Part shown: positions 12,958-27,196 of the stretch, piece by piece
Layout of the letters: each line of letters opens with the position of its first letter
Numbering within the stretch: position 1 is the stretch's first letter
NCBI RefSeq assembly: GCF_001194135.2
Contig: NC_068992.1
Coordinates: 44,699,614 to 44,763,613 of the forward strand
Length of the DNA: 64,000 nucleotides
Direction: 5' to 3'
Origin: Octopus bimaculoides
Lineage: Eukaryota
Translations under genes and position numbers: made by a program
The notes under the pieces: model-generated
Seen by the model: the letters and a program-made list of their open reading frames with translations, nothing else
Told to the model about the DNA's origin: nothing
Database searches by the model: none

Positions 12958-13767
12958 GCGTGTGCGTGCGCGCGCGTGCGCATCTATGCATGGTAGACAA
13001 TGACTGCAACGTTTCGGTTTATTAATCACCATCGTCCTTCAATCTCTGCTCAACTATTTTCAGGAATAATTTTACTAATGTATTGACGTACGTGCGTGTG
13101 TATATATGTGTGTGTATTTAAGTGTCCATGCGTATATGTATGTGCGTGTGTAGGTGTGTGTGGGCATACATACACTTACACACACGTGCACGCACGCACA
13201 CAGACACAAGTGTACTCTTAGGTAGATGAAGCATAGCGTGTTGCAATATAAACGAATATATCCGCCATGCTTCGGTTTGCCATATGAACAATAATCTCGG
13301 GAATATGGATACAAATATTACATGTTATATATTTTGTATAATTTATATATTTTATATGGATATATATTTTCAGTATGGTCGCATAAATGATATTCTATTT
13401 CTCCCCACGGAATATTTTCTGTAAAGAGATTTTATGACATTAAAAACCTTTTGTCGTTAAAACTGTAACACTGGTATTTATAGTTGAGAAGTGTTACACA
13501 TATTTGTCTATGCTACCATTCTATCAAGGTTATCAAATTATAAACGATATATTCCTAACTTAAAAATAAGAAAAAATAATATGCAATTTAGTTTAATTTC
13601 TAACGATATTAGAGTAAATTATGATGAAAATAAGAATTATGGCTGCCTAGTGGCCGTAGCAGACAGTTTTCTCTAGTCAATTATATAAATACTACTAGTC
13701 TATATGAGAGGTCCTCTCAAGTTAAATAACGCAGAAGTCTGTGTTCTAAAAATTGCTTTTTGATATT

Positions 13768-14056
13768 TGTGGTGTTATGAGCCTGGTTGTGTTGTAGGGA
13801 AGGATCGGAAGTGTGGGAGTAGGTATGTCCTGTCGGAAGTGGGGCCTGCGGTGGATATGCGGCATCAGCGAACACGAGGGGCCAGTTGGCGGCGGACAGC
13901 ACATCAGAGTGAACGTGAGACTGTACAGTGACGGATAGCGCACTTGGACGTGGAGTTAACCTTGGAGATCGAGAAAAGCACGTGGATGTTGAAAGTAACT
14001 CTTTTCCCCGACCGACAGGTAAGACTACCGTAATTCTCTCTTCGCTTTACATCACA
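13768..14056 (+). mobile_element. Gypsy-type LTR (289 bp)
   Basis: Termini TGTGGTGT...ACATCACA form a short inverted repeat; followed 36 bp later by a gag-like reading frame. Confidence 0.75.
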
Positions 14057-14091
14057 AGCTATTTCGGCTAAAAAAAAAATAAAATAAAATA

Positions 14092-14490
14092 ATGGGTATG
14101 GTCTGTCTTTCGAATGAGAAGTTTAAGCCATTTTGTGGCGAGGGAGATGTGACCGCTTGACTGCGAAAAATTAAGTTGGTTGCAAGACTCCAAGGTATAG
14201 ATGATCGAGCGAGGTTTATACCGTTGTACCTCGATGGATCGGCGTTGGCGCTATACCTGGAAATGGAAGGGGAGGACCAATTGAGAGCAGAAAAAAATAG
14301 AAGGCCGGCTGATGGAGGCTTTCCCACAAGAGCCATTTATGGCATATGGTCGACTGGGGAAAGCAAAGTGGATGCCAACGAAATCAGGAAATTGGCTAGA
14401 CTCGTGGGATATAGAGACAGCGCGTTAGAACAAACCGTTAAATTAGCCTTTGTGACAGGATTTCCTGACCATGTGTCGGTCGAACTGGTG
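14092..14490 (+). pseudogene. Disrupted Gypsy gag
   Basis: MGMVCLSNEKFKPFCGEGDVTA*LRKIKLVARLQGIDDRARFIPLYLDGSALALYLEMEGEDQ...VKLAFVTGFPDHVSVEL; internal stop and frameshift; resembles the gag N-terminus of mollusc Gypsy elements. Confidence 0.7.
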
Positions 14491-16308
14491 TCTTTATTTC
14501 CTGATAGTTTGGAGATCAATCAAAACCTGCTTTGCAAAGAATCAATCAAGAGTAGATGTGAAACTATCAAGTATGGTTAACGTGGAAGTTCTGAATATTA
14601 ATTCTTTCTTCTTTTTTCGTGTGTTGTTGCTGCAGCAACTAATAACATATTTATCTACACAAACATGTTTAAGACACTGTACTTTGTTTAATGATAACCA
14701 CAGCAGATTCACGGTTCTTGAAATGTTACAATGTTACAACCATTTTACACACTAGCGAGTGTTATTTTGTGTTCCTACTGTTCACATTACTATGATATAT
14801 CTAACTTGGTCTGTATTTACAGTGCTATGACAAAACTTGCTTTCTACTACATTACCATGACATATTATCAGTCACTGTTTTCAGTACTATGATATGGAAT
14901 GGTTACTATTTGTGTACTGTAATTAATACTGGTCACTATATAAACAGCTTTAATATTTCTAACTTAGTAGCTATGTAGTTAAAATTTGTATCAAATACTC
15001 AATATTTAAAGAATAATAGATAGAAATAGATGATAAACACGTGAGTAACAGGATCACAAGTTTTACAAAATTCTCTTACATATCTACTTACTCTAATCTA
15101 AACTATAAATCTAAAACTTTCAAGATGGCTACACACACGCACACATGTACATACACACACGTATACACACACACATGTACTCTCACATACACATGCACAC
15201 ACACTCACACATACACATGCATGCATATATTCATGTGCAGAGATACATACACACATATACACACACTCATACTCTAAATGTAAAATTATCCCAAGAGAAG
15301 TTGAGCGATATGGAAATATAATAAATACTAGAAACAAGAAAATGCGCTATCCCTTTTACATTGCAGTAATTTAATTCCATTTTGTATTATTACAATCAAA
15401 TGATTTCAAAATATGTATCGGCTTTATAAAAAACTTTTTTGAAAATTTGATTGAATATTAAATACATCAATGATTTGGGTTTAGCTGAGTTCACTGGCCG
15501 TTTAATCATTTCCAGTAGATAGAAAGAAATGTTATGTTGATGGATGTTTAATGTAAAATGTGTTTGACAAGAACTTCTTTGAATTTAATTATGCAGAACA
15601 ATGATACAAGTAATTGCGAGTTTATTGTCTTTGTAATGTATATAAAAGCATGTACCAACTATATCATCAGTTTTACATATTTTTCTAGCTATCTCCAAAC
15701 ATTTCAGTCTGTTTGCGTTTAATTTGTCTACTTTGTGTAATTAACATTAAAACGATTCAGTAACATATATAATTGCATTCATAGGCACGTATTTCTCTAA
15801 AATATAGACAGATATTAAATCTGTTCCGAGTAATTAAATCGTAAATTCATTTCACAGTGTTGTAACAGGTTCAAGCAATCCGCAAAACTATCATCGTGAA
15901 ATATACAAGTTATTCAATGATTTACTACAAACTAATATATTATAAAATTGGCAGCAGTTTTCCATGGCAAGTTTAATTAAGTTATTAGCACACCTAGTTT
16001 CCTATAATTAACGATAACTTGATCTGAATTGATGCCTCGATATGAATACATAACAAACAGCAGATGTTAGTGTGTGTCAATTTGAAATTAAGTCCTTCCA
16101 ATTGACCTTGCAATAATTATAAACTGGCACTTTACTGTTGTTCTGCTACTTAGTTTATTGAAACTAGCTTTAATTATTCCAAGAGGTTGAATAAAACATC
16201 GTATCCTGAAAGTACATAGAAATATATAAGAAACAAATTTGTAACTTTCAAGGAGGACATATTTTTTTTTTACAAAATAATTAATATCCACAGAAGCAGT
16301 ATTAATAT

Positions 16309-16642
16309 TGTGATGTAAAGGAAGAAAAAGACGGAAGTGAAGAGACAATTACGGTAGTCTTACCTGTCGGTGCGGAAAAAGGGTCACTTTCAACAAGAGC
16401 CTGTCCTTGAAGAACTATCCGTCGCTCCATCAAATGCTGAAATACTAAAAGGCTATAAAACAGCTCACGAATGGAATGTCGTCAGGGAACGATGGCCTAC
16501 CAGCCGAGATATATAAATGTGGTAGCAGTCTCCTGTTGAACAAGTTATGTTAACTCTTCTCCTTAATCTGGGAATCAGGATCACTCCCACAGGAATGCAA
16601 AAAACGCTTCTATTGTCCATCTTTATAAGCACAGAGGTAACA
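16309..16642 (-). mobile_element. Solo LTR related to the 13768 LTR
   Basis: Minus-strand TGTTAC...ACATCACA termini; near target-site duplication AATAT/AATGT; 3' part aligns with 13989-14056, including 25 identical nt. Confidence 0.7.
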
Positions 16643-16719
16643 AATGTGAATGTGACAACCATAGAAATATCTCCTTTTTGTGTGTTGTTGGATGTGTTAT
16701 CTTAAATAGACTAAATGAT

Positions 16720-17810
16720 GCCGTCGCTAGCTTAGGGTTGCCTGAGTTTCAGTACGGTTTTCTGGCTGGTAGAGGCACAGTGGATATGATTTTTAGCTGG
16801 AGGGAAAGGCTTGTGAGCACAACTGAGACCTTTTTGTTACTTTTATTTATCTAACTAAAGCTTTCAACACCGTATCTAGGGATGCTCTTTGCGTTGTCCT
16901 TAGAAATCCATGTACTCCAAAAAAGATGTTCACTTTCATAATTTCTTTCCATCAAAGGATTATGGCTTCTGACAGATATAGCGGGGAAGGGTCCAATTCA
17001 TTCACAGTCTCAAACGCGACAAAACAAGGCTTTGTTTTAGCACTATTCTTATTTGCTTTCTGTTTCTCTGTTATTTTGGAAACAACGTTTGAGAGTGTTA
17101 AACAAGGAATAAAACTTGAGTACAGAAGTGGTGGCGGCTTGTTCAACCAGCAGCGCTTCAAAGCAAAAACTAAGACTTTGGTACAGACAATTCGAGGTTT
17201 GTTCTTCGCAGACGATTTGTAGCATACACTCTTAAGGACATGAAATGGATTCTAACCAATTTCTCGCTTGCATCGAAGGCTTTTCATATGCGATGATTAC
17301 GTACTATCTCCAACATAAAACCGAGCGACCATATTCATAACAGTGAGGTACTTACAAAATGCAACATAGGTATTGAAGCCATCCATCCTCATCAAAATAC
17401 AGCTAAGACGGTCAAGTCATCTTTCACGTATGAGTGATATCAGAATTCCGAAGCAACTTCTCTTTGGCCAATTCCCGACAGGAAGGGCAGTTGGAAAACC
17501 ACTCTTGCGCTACAAATACAAACTAAAAGACAATCTGAAACGATGCAACATTCTCTTTTTTTCCTGGAATCAAAGCATCAGAACGTAGGACTTGGCGCCA
17601 GTCCTGCTTCTCTTCAGTTCAAAAATTTGAGCAAAATTGACTACCGGAGCAACTTTGTGGACGCATGGAAGCACGCTAGCAAAACACTGCTTCACTAAAT
17701 GGAAACCTTGCCTGTCACTATTGCTTTGTGGCTCGAAGCAAAACAGGCCTAGCCATCCATTCAAGAAAACACATAGTAAACAATCCAGAAGTACTCCAGC
17801 AAACTGAATC
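16720..17810 (+). mobile_element. RTE-clade LINE remnant (RT and C-terminal region, multiple frameshifts)
   Basis: LPEFQYGFLAGRGTVDMIF; KAFNTVSR; KQGFVLALFLF; LFFADDL; HLSRMSDIRIPKQLLFG. Confidence 0.9.
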
Positions 17811-19159
17811 CTTAACTTGTTCAATGTACCAAAAGTTTTGCAAGACATCAGCAGACTTCAAGACGCACGTTCATGTCCATAGAACATGATCAACGCTTTA
17901 TTTTACAGAACTCTCATTTGTCGTTCACAACAAGCGAATCCATCCACGCCCACACACGCACGCACACACTCACTCACAAACACATACATACATAGATTCA
18001 TGCATACATACACATACAAACACGTACACATACATATCTATTGAGGTTAACCTGAATTGCTCTTTTATCAAACAAAATTTGTTTCAAAATTTTGAAATAA
18101 CTGCTAAACTACTATAAAAGCTATTAAGTTTTATAGATCGGCAGAAACTTCTCGGGAAGTGTCAATTTTATCAGCTCCAAATGTAGATTTCCAGTTTACC
18201 TTCCAAATTAAACTTCGAATGTTTTTGTGTGGAGAAGAGATCTGTTAAGTTATGTTGTAATGAATTAACAAGAGAGGTGTATTTTTAATGAAATTATGCT
18301 TGAAAAATATTGTATTAGCATATCCAAAGTTTGTAGTGAACTTTATGATGTATAGAGAATAAGTCTCTCACAAACCATATCCTTCATATTAAAATAATTT
18401 CACCTTATCTCAACCACGTTATACGTATTCTTTTATGTTGAAAGTAGTAAGCGATAGTTTAATGGGTTAAGCACGTCTAATCCTGAAAACTTTATAAAAC
18501 GATATCTATTGAAATATTTAATCGTTCAAAAGGAAGAAAGCTTTGCTTTAGAAAACTCCACTTCTGTTCAAGTAAAACTTCTCGTGACAAGCGGCAGTAA
18601 CTATTATCATGCAAACAAAAAGAATGAAATACACAAAAGAACAAAAGTCACCGAGTTATATGAAACAAAATAAATTTGAAAGTGTATCTAAAGAAACAAA
18701 CCTTCCCCGTAAGTCCAGTGAATAAAAGGTCAGCTGCATTAACTCACGTATCGACACAAATACGATGGTATGTCTAAACACTTGCATACAAATAATCAAA
18801 ATACACATACACATTGGAAACGATCCATTAGAAATGGAGTCGATAGCAGAAGACAAAGAAAGCTTGAGTTAAATAGAAATATAAGACAAGCGAAAAATAA
18901 TTCAAAGAGACTTGATAGATTTCGGAAGAAAAGGGTAAGGTGATATCATGACGTTTGGTGTTCTTTATACTAAATAGTCTATATCATAACAAATAATGCG
19001 CATAATAGTAAATAGGGTGTTTCTTAGCGAATGTTGATGTTTTGCATACTCCAACTGCAAAATTGCATCAGGCTTATAGAAGACACATTTTATAAATTCA
19101 AAACTGTTTATAGTTTCATAACTTTTCGTAAAGCAATTTAATTTGTGCTATTATTTTCC

Positions 19160-19193
<34 letters not shown>

Positions 19194-19203
19194 NNNNNNN
19201 NNN

Positions 19204-19312
19204 TTGGTCGGCCCTGGGCTGCTGCAGAAGACACTTGCTATAGTGCCACTGCGTAGTGGGACTGAACAGGAAGCTATGTCTTCCAAAGCAAGTTTCTTAA
19301 CCAAACAAACAT
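19204..19312 (-). mobile_element. SINE family B 5' part, next to an N gap
   Basis: ttggtcggccc...gaagacacttgc...gcgtagtgggactgaac matches the reverse complement of family B. Confidence 0.8.
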
Positions 19313-19700
19313 GGCAGGCTTGTTTGTATTGTTAAAACTTCCATTATCTTTAACTGCTCAAAGCAGTTTTATATAACATTTTATTGTAGCGGAATTTCGT
19401 GTCTCAAACTCTTTACTATTTTGTTAAGTTTATAGAGGCAGCGTGACTTGTAGAAAATACCAATTCCATATATATGCTAGATATTTGATATTATTGGAAT
19501 AACCATGAAATTTAGTTCCTCATTTAAATCCTTAAGACAATTATAAAGACCCATGTAGTGTGGAAAGAAACGTTTAGCTGCATTTCCTTCACTTTTTTGC
19601 TCTCTAGTTTTATTCTTCTGAATCTCTATCGACTGACGCAGAATAATTAGCAAATACCGCAATGACAAGGTCGATGACAACATAAAGAAGAAGAAAAGGT

Positions 19701-19741
19701 AGAAGAAGAAGAAGAAGAAGAAGAAGAAGAAGAAGAAGAAG

Positions 19742-19771
<30 letters not shown>
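19701..19771. repeat. (AGA)n microsatellite
   Basis: Directly visible. Confidence 0.97.
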
Positions 19772-19774
<3 letters not shown>

Positions 19775-19811
19775 TAATAGCTTCTGATTTAGACACAAAT
19801 CCAGCAATTTT

Positions 19812-19990
19812 GAGTGGGTTACGGGGTCGGGGGGATTGGTCGATTACACTGACCTTAGCACTTGCCTAGTGCTTTATTGTATCGATTCAGAAAGGAAGTA
19901 AGTAAAGGTATCCCTCGGTGAGATTTGAACTCAGAACCTAAAGAGCCGGAACAAATACTGCCAAGCAGTTTCCCCAAAGTTAGCCCTTCC
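19812..19990 (-). mobile_element. SINE family A, degenerate
   Basis: gtcgattacac...atttgaactcagaac...gccaagca matches the reverse complement of family A. Confidence 0.75.
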
Positions 19991-20197
19991 AACGTCTTTA
20001 CGTATTTTGAAATGCGATACCTTTATTCTTTTTTCTTACCACCCACCACCCCTCCACCGTTCATGTATTTGCCTAGCATTATCGTTTCTGTCGATTCAGC
20101 TTCTATTTTATCATTGATAAATCGCATAACATATTATTAACTCTCTTATTTTAGGAAGATAAACACCCACAACAATTATTCCTTTCGTGGGTCTAAA

Positions 20198-20316
<119 letters not shown>

Positions 20317-23139
20317 ATAAATAGACTAGATAAAATAACGAAACGAAGAAAGGAAAAAATTCTTAGAAGAAATCGATTTAAGTTATCTATTTCGTTAATA
20401 TTCCAAGTCTGCAGGAAAATTGTAATTTCATATCAATATCAGGTGAGTTAAGATTTCTGAAAATGATAATTATGTTTCTTCGTCTATAATTCAAAGAATT
20501 TTACATATAAATCCTGACCAAGAAATGCGTATGCCGGGGTGTTGGGTGTTTTATAATTCAGAGTAAAAATGACGGTAAAATAATCGTAACAAACCTGTAC
20601 AAGCGAAGCTACCAAAGGCAGTGGCTCCCAGATATATGACTACTTCACTGCTTGCGGCTATGAAAATCCGCATGCATAACAAATGCATCCCTTGGCAGTT
20701 GTTAATTATGCTAGAACGCTGGTGGCGTGTTGTTCTACATTGCATTGTCTCAAAGTGATTATTGAATTTAAATATTACAATTTAAAACGTGACGGTTATA
20801 TTACTGATGTATTCTAGAGATGAAAAAATCTCCAGTTTAAAAAAAATTATAGTATCCACGTAAATGTGAAAAAGAAATGCATTGCTTATTGTGCAAAATT
20901 TCAGAGATGAACATTAAAATGTGAAATGTGAAAAAATGACGTATAGACTACTGTGCATATTTTAAACTTTAAACATAAAACATTTTACAATGTTTACACA
21001 TTAACACACCAAATAAATGACACCTGGGAGCCTATAATTATTTCAAATACTAATGTAGGTAGAAATTTAAAGCCATTCAATTTGCTTCAAAGAAGAACAG
21101 CTGTACAGCCTCTAAGAGATTTGGCATCGTTGATTTGGTAATATACGGCTGGGGATAAAGAACAAATGCCAACTGCAGAAGATGCCAAGAAGTGAAAAGT
21201 CTATGGGACAGTTAGAGTTACTGGCTACAACAGGGAAAAGAATTGGCTTAACCAATGTCAGATGGAAGAAAATCTAAATAGATATAAAGATGAATGTATT
21301 GTATCAAGACTACAAGCAAATTTACAATCAAAAGTCATGCGAAACACACATCCATATATGCACACATGTATGTATGTATGTATGTATGTATGCATGCATG
21401 CATACATACATAGTTTCAGTAAACACTTCCGTATCATTGTTATACACGACTTGTCAGAGCATATTAAGCGAAATATTGTTCAATGAATATTCTTATTCCG
21501 TATAATATAAAAAAAAAGTATTTTAATTAAATGTTATTGTTCAATAGTAGTCAAGCTCTTATTAATTTTCACCGAGAAATTCAATCTAAACATGATTTGA
21601 ACAACTTATGAAGGTATGTGCATGATAAACAAATATTTTAACTGAAATCTCTTAAAAACATATATAGGATACAACTCCCAACGGTCAGTACTAACATAAA
21701 TGATTGTGCATTGGATTCAAAGTTGAGCTACGTGGGTGCGAAACTATTATTAACAACGCTAGAGCTTGTGGTGTGATTAGTTGAGATGTGTGGCTTTTAT
21801 GGTGATGTTATAAATGTGGTCTTCTAGTTAGTTGGTCTCATGGTGAAGTACGATCGTATAATAGAGAAAATTATTTGGCATGCGTAGATTTGGTTTGCAG
21901 TGTAGGGCAATATACAATAGTAAATGACAATAATGATATAATAATGTTATAGAATAACGATATAATAAAATAATGAGGAGATTCTAAAAGGTAATAATAG
22001 AATGATAAAATATAAAATGTTAAGCGGGATAAAATATCGGAAAATACAATAAAGTATCAAAAGACGGGCATAAAATGTAAAATAAAGAAGATAGCATCAA
22101 CGTTATCAATAACAATGGAGGCAATAAGAGTTCGATAAAAATTTTGACTGATGATTTAAACACGGGAATATTATTCTCAGAGAGTATATGCACAGTCATG
22201 CAAGCACATAAAAATATATTTAAGGATATATATATATATATATATANNNNNNNNNNNNNNNNNNNNNNNNNNNNNNNNNNNNNNNNNNNNNNNNNNNNNN
22301 NNNNNNNNNNNNNNNNNNNNNNNNNNNNNNNNNNNNNNNNNNNNNNNNNNNNNNNNNNNNNNNNNNNNNNNNNNNNNNNNNNNNNNNNNNNNNNNNNNNN
22401 NNNNNNNNNNNNNNNNNNNNNNNNNNNNNNNNNNNNNNNNNNNNNNNNNNNNNNNNNNNNNNNNNNNNNNNNNNNNNNNNNNNNNNNNNNNNNNNNNNNN
22501 NNNNNNNNNNNNNNNNNNNNNNNNNNNNNNNNNNNNNNNNNNNNNNNNNNNNNNNNNNNNNNNNNNNNNNNNNNNNNNNNNNNNNNNNNNNNNNNNNNNN
22601 NNNNNNNNNNNNNNNNNNNNNNNNNNNNNNNNNNNNNNNNNNNNNNNNNNNNNNNNNNNNNNNNNNNNNNNNNNNNNNNNNNNNNNNNNNNNNNNNNNNN
22701 NNNNNNNNNNNNNNNNNNNNNNNNNNNNNNNNNNNNNNNNNNNNNNNNNNNNNNNNNNNNNNNNNNNNNNNNNNNNNNNNNNNNNNNNNNNNNNNNNNNN
22801 NNNNNNNNNNNNNNNNNNNNNNNNNNNNNNNNNNNNNNNNNNNNNNNNNNNNNNNNNNNNNNNNNNNNNNNNNNNNNNNNNNNNNNNNNNNNNNNNNNNN
22901 NNNNNNNNNNNNNNNNNNNNNNNNNNNNNNNNNNNNNNTATATATAATCAAAATAAGCAACAAGGATATCCAAAGCGATCATTTCATGAGACTTCATTTA
23001 TTTAAGCAATGTGAATATTACATCAAATGTAAAATGCAGAGCAATCCTCAGCTGCACAAAGATATAGAAAATTTAATGAAATTACAATTCAACAGAAGGA
23101 CATATTTTTATAACTACATAAAAATCTGTCATCATCAAG

Positions 23140-23680
23140 GGTAGTGCTTAAATGCACCTCTCTTCATGTCATTGTGGAGAAGTTAGGTCATCATGTGGAT
23201 ACAGTTAGACGATTCCTGAAGCACCCATCGCCAAGGAAGAAACGATCCGATTGTGGGACCTCCAAGACTGTGATATTTAAGGATTTAAGGAATATTGGCT
23301 GCAAGTTATGTTAGAGATCTGGACAAACAAGGAAAGCCATTTCACGGATTCTGGACGTCCTCATGTACCAAAAAAACACCAGAAATCGCATCCCCGGGAC
23401 GAAACCTAGGCCATAGGTCTTATGGCCTATAAGGTGAAAGGTTGATGGTGTGGCCGCCAGCATCTCCGGATCTTAACCCTATCAAAAATCTTTTGTCCAT
23501 CATTAAACAAGATGTTTATGCGGATGGACGCCAATTTACGTCGAATGATGTCTTATGGGCGACCATCAAAGCTGAAGCAAAGGCAATCCAGCTTGCTACA
23601 ATTAAGAAATTGACAAAGTCTATGTCTAATAAGGTTTTTTAAAGATATCCGTCGAAATGGCGCTGATGTGGCTAAATAAT
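23140..23680 (+). mobile_element. Tc1-like transposase remnant, internally deleted
   Basis: WPPASPDLNPIKNLLSIIKQDVY is the Tc1 WPxxSPDLNPIEN motif; decayed HTH-region sequence lies upstream. Confidence 0.88.
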
Positions 23681-25800
23681 TCATTATGTCAATAAATGTT
23701 ATAATATTATTATGGTTTTCTGTTAAATATATACTTAATGTATGCTTAATATCTTTCATTATCCTTCATTTTCTGAAAAAACAATGTCTAGATGGGCTAT
23801 TTTCATTCAAAAGAATCTGAAATAAAAAAGAAAAGGCGCTACACAGAATAATGAAAACATAACAATTGTGTTGCCGCACTGTGAAAATCAGCTGGGAAAT
23901 TTTTTATCAAAATCGATTTACAGAAAACCCATAAATCCTAAATTTCACCCCTAAACTATTAGCGTGGTCCTGGGTGTATGTATACACACACACACACATA
24001 CACACTCATACACACTCATATACACGCATACATATATTTTGACTATACGTACGATAAAATTGACTCTACACAATATGTCAACAGAAGTAATCGCTAAACT
24101 GCCTAATATTTTAGGAAAATGGGAAGTCCTGACAGTTGCTGTTGGGTAGACTTTTTATTTTAAATAAATAAGAAGCTCGTTGCTACAACTTTCCTACAAA
24201 TCATGTCTTTTATTTTCTGTCAGTTTTATGGACTGGAAGGTAATCTAATCTGTTTGATATTAGCTTGTCTGAATATTTGAGTATATGTTTATCTCTGGTT
24301 ATCTCTACATGCTTGTCGGTGAGTACATGACAGTATATGTGTGTGCATATGTGTGTGTGTGTGTGTGTATTTGTGTATGTCTCTTCGTGTGTGTTTGTGA
24401 ATTTCTATGTATGTTAACGTTATGTGTCTCTATGCGTTACTATGTGTTTCTGTTAGCGTTACTATGTGTCTGTCTAAATGTTTCTGTGTCTTTGTATGTG
24501 TCTATGGATCTGTGTAATTGTGCATTTCGGTTTGTGTCAATGTGTGTGTGTGTATATGCCGCTGTTTGATTGTGTATATCTGTGTGTGTATGTGTGTGTT
24601 TCTGTGTACATGTGAGTGAGGGTGCGGGGGAGTGTGTGGGTGTGCGTGCGTTAATCTGTGTGACTGCATCGGTGTATCTCTATTCCACTTTTTTTGTCAC
24701 TGGTTATTACCTTATTGCCCAGCCCATTTCTTACTTTGCTTGTTTTCCTGTCTTTTTGCAGACGAATGAACTAAGTGAGAGTAAGAGAGGAGCCAGGAAA
24801 TAGTTTTTATTAAGAGGTAAAAAAGAAAAAAATCAAGAAAAAGAGAAAAAGAAAGAAACGGAAAATGTTACCAAGTAAGGGAAATAGAAAAAGAAAACAA
24901 TGTACACAGCGAGAGAGAGACACACACAGACAGGGAGAGGGAGAGAGAGGGTAGGAGAAGAGACAAAGGGCAAGTAAAAGAGATAGAAAGAGGAGAGAGG
25001 GGTAGTGAGAGAGATGCATTCAAAGACAGAGTTAGACATAGAGAAAGANNNNNNNNNNNNNNNNNNNNNNNNNNNNNNNNNNNNNNNNNNNNNNNNNNNN
25101 NNNNNNNNNNNNNNNNNNNNNNNNNNNNNNNNNNNNNNNNNNNNNNNNNNAGAGGGGTAGTGAGAGAGATGCATTCAAAGACAGAGTTAGACATAGAGAA
25201 AGAAGTACGGTGTTAAAAGTGAGGATAAAGCAGCGGTTAGAGAATGCAGCGATGAGCAGGTGTTTTTGAAATAATTTCCCCAAAGTAGAGTGTTTGAATG
25301 CGTCAGACACGGTTTGAGGTTTTATATACAAAATGGATATACCAGTGAATTTGTCAAAACAAAAACATTGAAATGTTAACGAAATACATTGCAGCAAACG
25401 TTTAAGTGTGATTGTTGTCACTGAATTCCTTGCATTGATTTAACTACAATGGAATTACATGTATAACGCTTATTTTTATCGACCTAGGAATGATGAATAG
25501 AAGCCTAGACATTAGTGTTATTTGAAATTTAAACTTATACAAAGCCGAACATTGTATTTAACCCAATATTGCATTATGCTGCTACTCGAATATCGCTCTT
25601 CCCCCATAAGCTTACGCAGAAAACAATGAATCTTTGGATTTATAACTACTGAGACCAATTCTCGAAAAACATAGCGTTAAAATATGTAAGTGGTGAAAGT
25701 AAACCAAAGCTGCAGAGATGACTAGGTGCCTGGCTAATTATCACCTTGCAATTTTTACTGTCGAATACCCTACGCCCAATTGATATTTTATAAACAATAA

Positions 25801-25967
25801 GGCAGAGAGCTGGCACAAACGTTAGCACGCCGGGCGAATGCTTAGCAGTATTTCGTCTACCTTTACGTTCTGAGTTCAAATTCCGCCGAGGTCGACTTTG
25901 CCTTTCATCCTTCCGAGGTCGATAATTTAAGTACCATTTGCGTACTGGGATCGATCCAATCGACTGG
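25801..25967 (+). mobile_element. SINE family A abutting the RLE-LINE RT fragment
   Basis: Near-complete head and central domain: gagctggc...gttagcacgccgggcgaatgcttagc...ttctgagttcaaattccgccgaggtcgactttgcctttcatcc. Confidence 0.92.
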
Positions 25968-27126
25968 GACTCTGTGTAGAATGTCATCCAACTCCAAAAT
26001 CCCTAAATATCTATACCCACTACCGTTGGGTTCATCTGTGGTCTCTCCTGATGGTAACCGCAATCCTCTGCAGGCTGCTTTCTTTCCTCTACTGAGCATT
26101 TGGTAATCCTAAATTCCATACCGATGTCCCTACCACATTTCTGGTTTGTTTTGATTAAGGAATCTATCTGTTTTTCAGATTTCCCCAACAATTTCAGGTC
26201 ATCCATAAGCAGAAGATTGTTCAATGAATGGCCTTTCTTCCCACATCGGTAACCCATCACCTTGGAAGTTTCTCCTTTTAATATTAATTTCTCCAAGGAA
26301 TACATTACTGGAGTACAATTTGGTTTTCCACTCTTTCATTCTATGCATCAGAAAATTTGTGATGCTGTCAGCAACACCAAACATCTGCAGGCATTCAACG
26401 ATCTAAGAATGAGACATTATATCATATGCCTTCGTATAGTCAATCCGAGCCTTAGACATGACAGTATGATATTATTTACAATGCCTCAAAACAGTTTTAT
26501 CGATGACCAGGTGATCCTTGGCACCCTGAGAACTCTTCCTACATCCTTTTTGTTCCCTTGGTAGTGTTTCTTCTTGTGCCTGGAAAGTGTATGTTTTTGC
26601 AGCACATATTCCAGTGAGTATCTTCCAGATTATTTTTAGGCATTCTATGGGACTGTAGTTACCCACAATATTCCCCTTTCTTCTATTTATCATTAAAAGT
26701 GTTACAAGTGTTATGCTCCGAGTAACCATCCACGCGGGGACTGTATCTTTCTGGGCACACTCATTCAATTGGGCTGCTAGTCTGTCATGCACCACGTGGT
26801 GTCTCTTTAGCCAGAAGCCATGAATCGGATCTGGTCCGAGGGTTTTCGAGTTAAGCACTTTACTCACTTGTTCTTTCACATCACCCGTGCAAATGCCAAT
26901 TTTCCTTTGTTTCTTTCCTCTTTGTAATTCTGTCTTGATAGTTCCTATTCACATTGCTTCCCCTTTATGCACCACATTGCTTTCCCACAATCCACTCCTG
27001 AAATCCTTGGGTTGATTTGCATCAGGAGCAACGTTTTCCCCATTGTCTCAAGAATAGCTTCGGATTATTGTGGACAATCTGTTCTTCTCGAACTGCATAT
27101 TTCTGTTCACAAATCTTCTGATCACC
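25968..27126 (-). mobile_element. R4/Dong-like non-LTR retrotransposon, RT-domain fragment
   Basis: LGPDPIHGFWLK; YSPIECLKIIWKILTG; EQKGCRKSSQGAKDHLVID; FQGDGL; LLLMDDLKL; YRYLGILE; starts directly at a (TAA)n array. Confidence 0.9.

Positions 27127-27196
<70 letters not shown>

Noticed and set aside
14760-14940. Faint ~60-bp periodicity (actatgatat-like units)
   Set aside because: Too degenerate to define units and no open frame.
24995-25203. Identical ~54-bp sequence on both sides of an N gap
   Set aside because: Typical unmerged contig overlap, most likely an assembly artefact.
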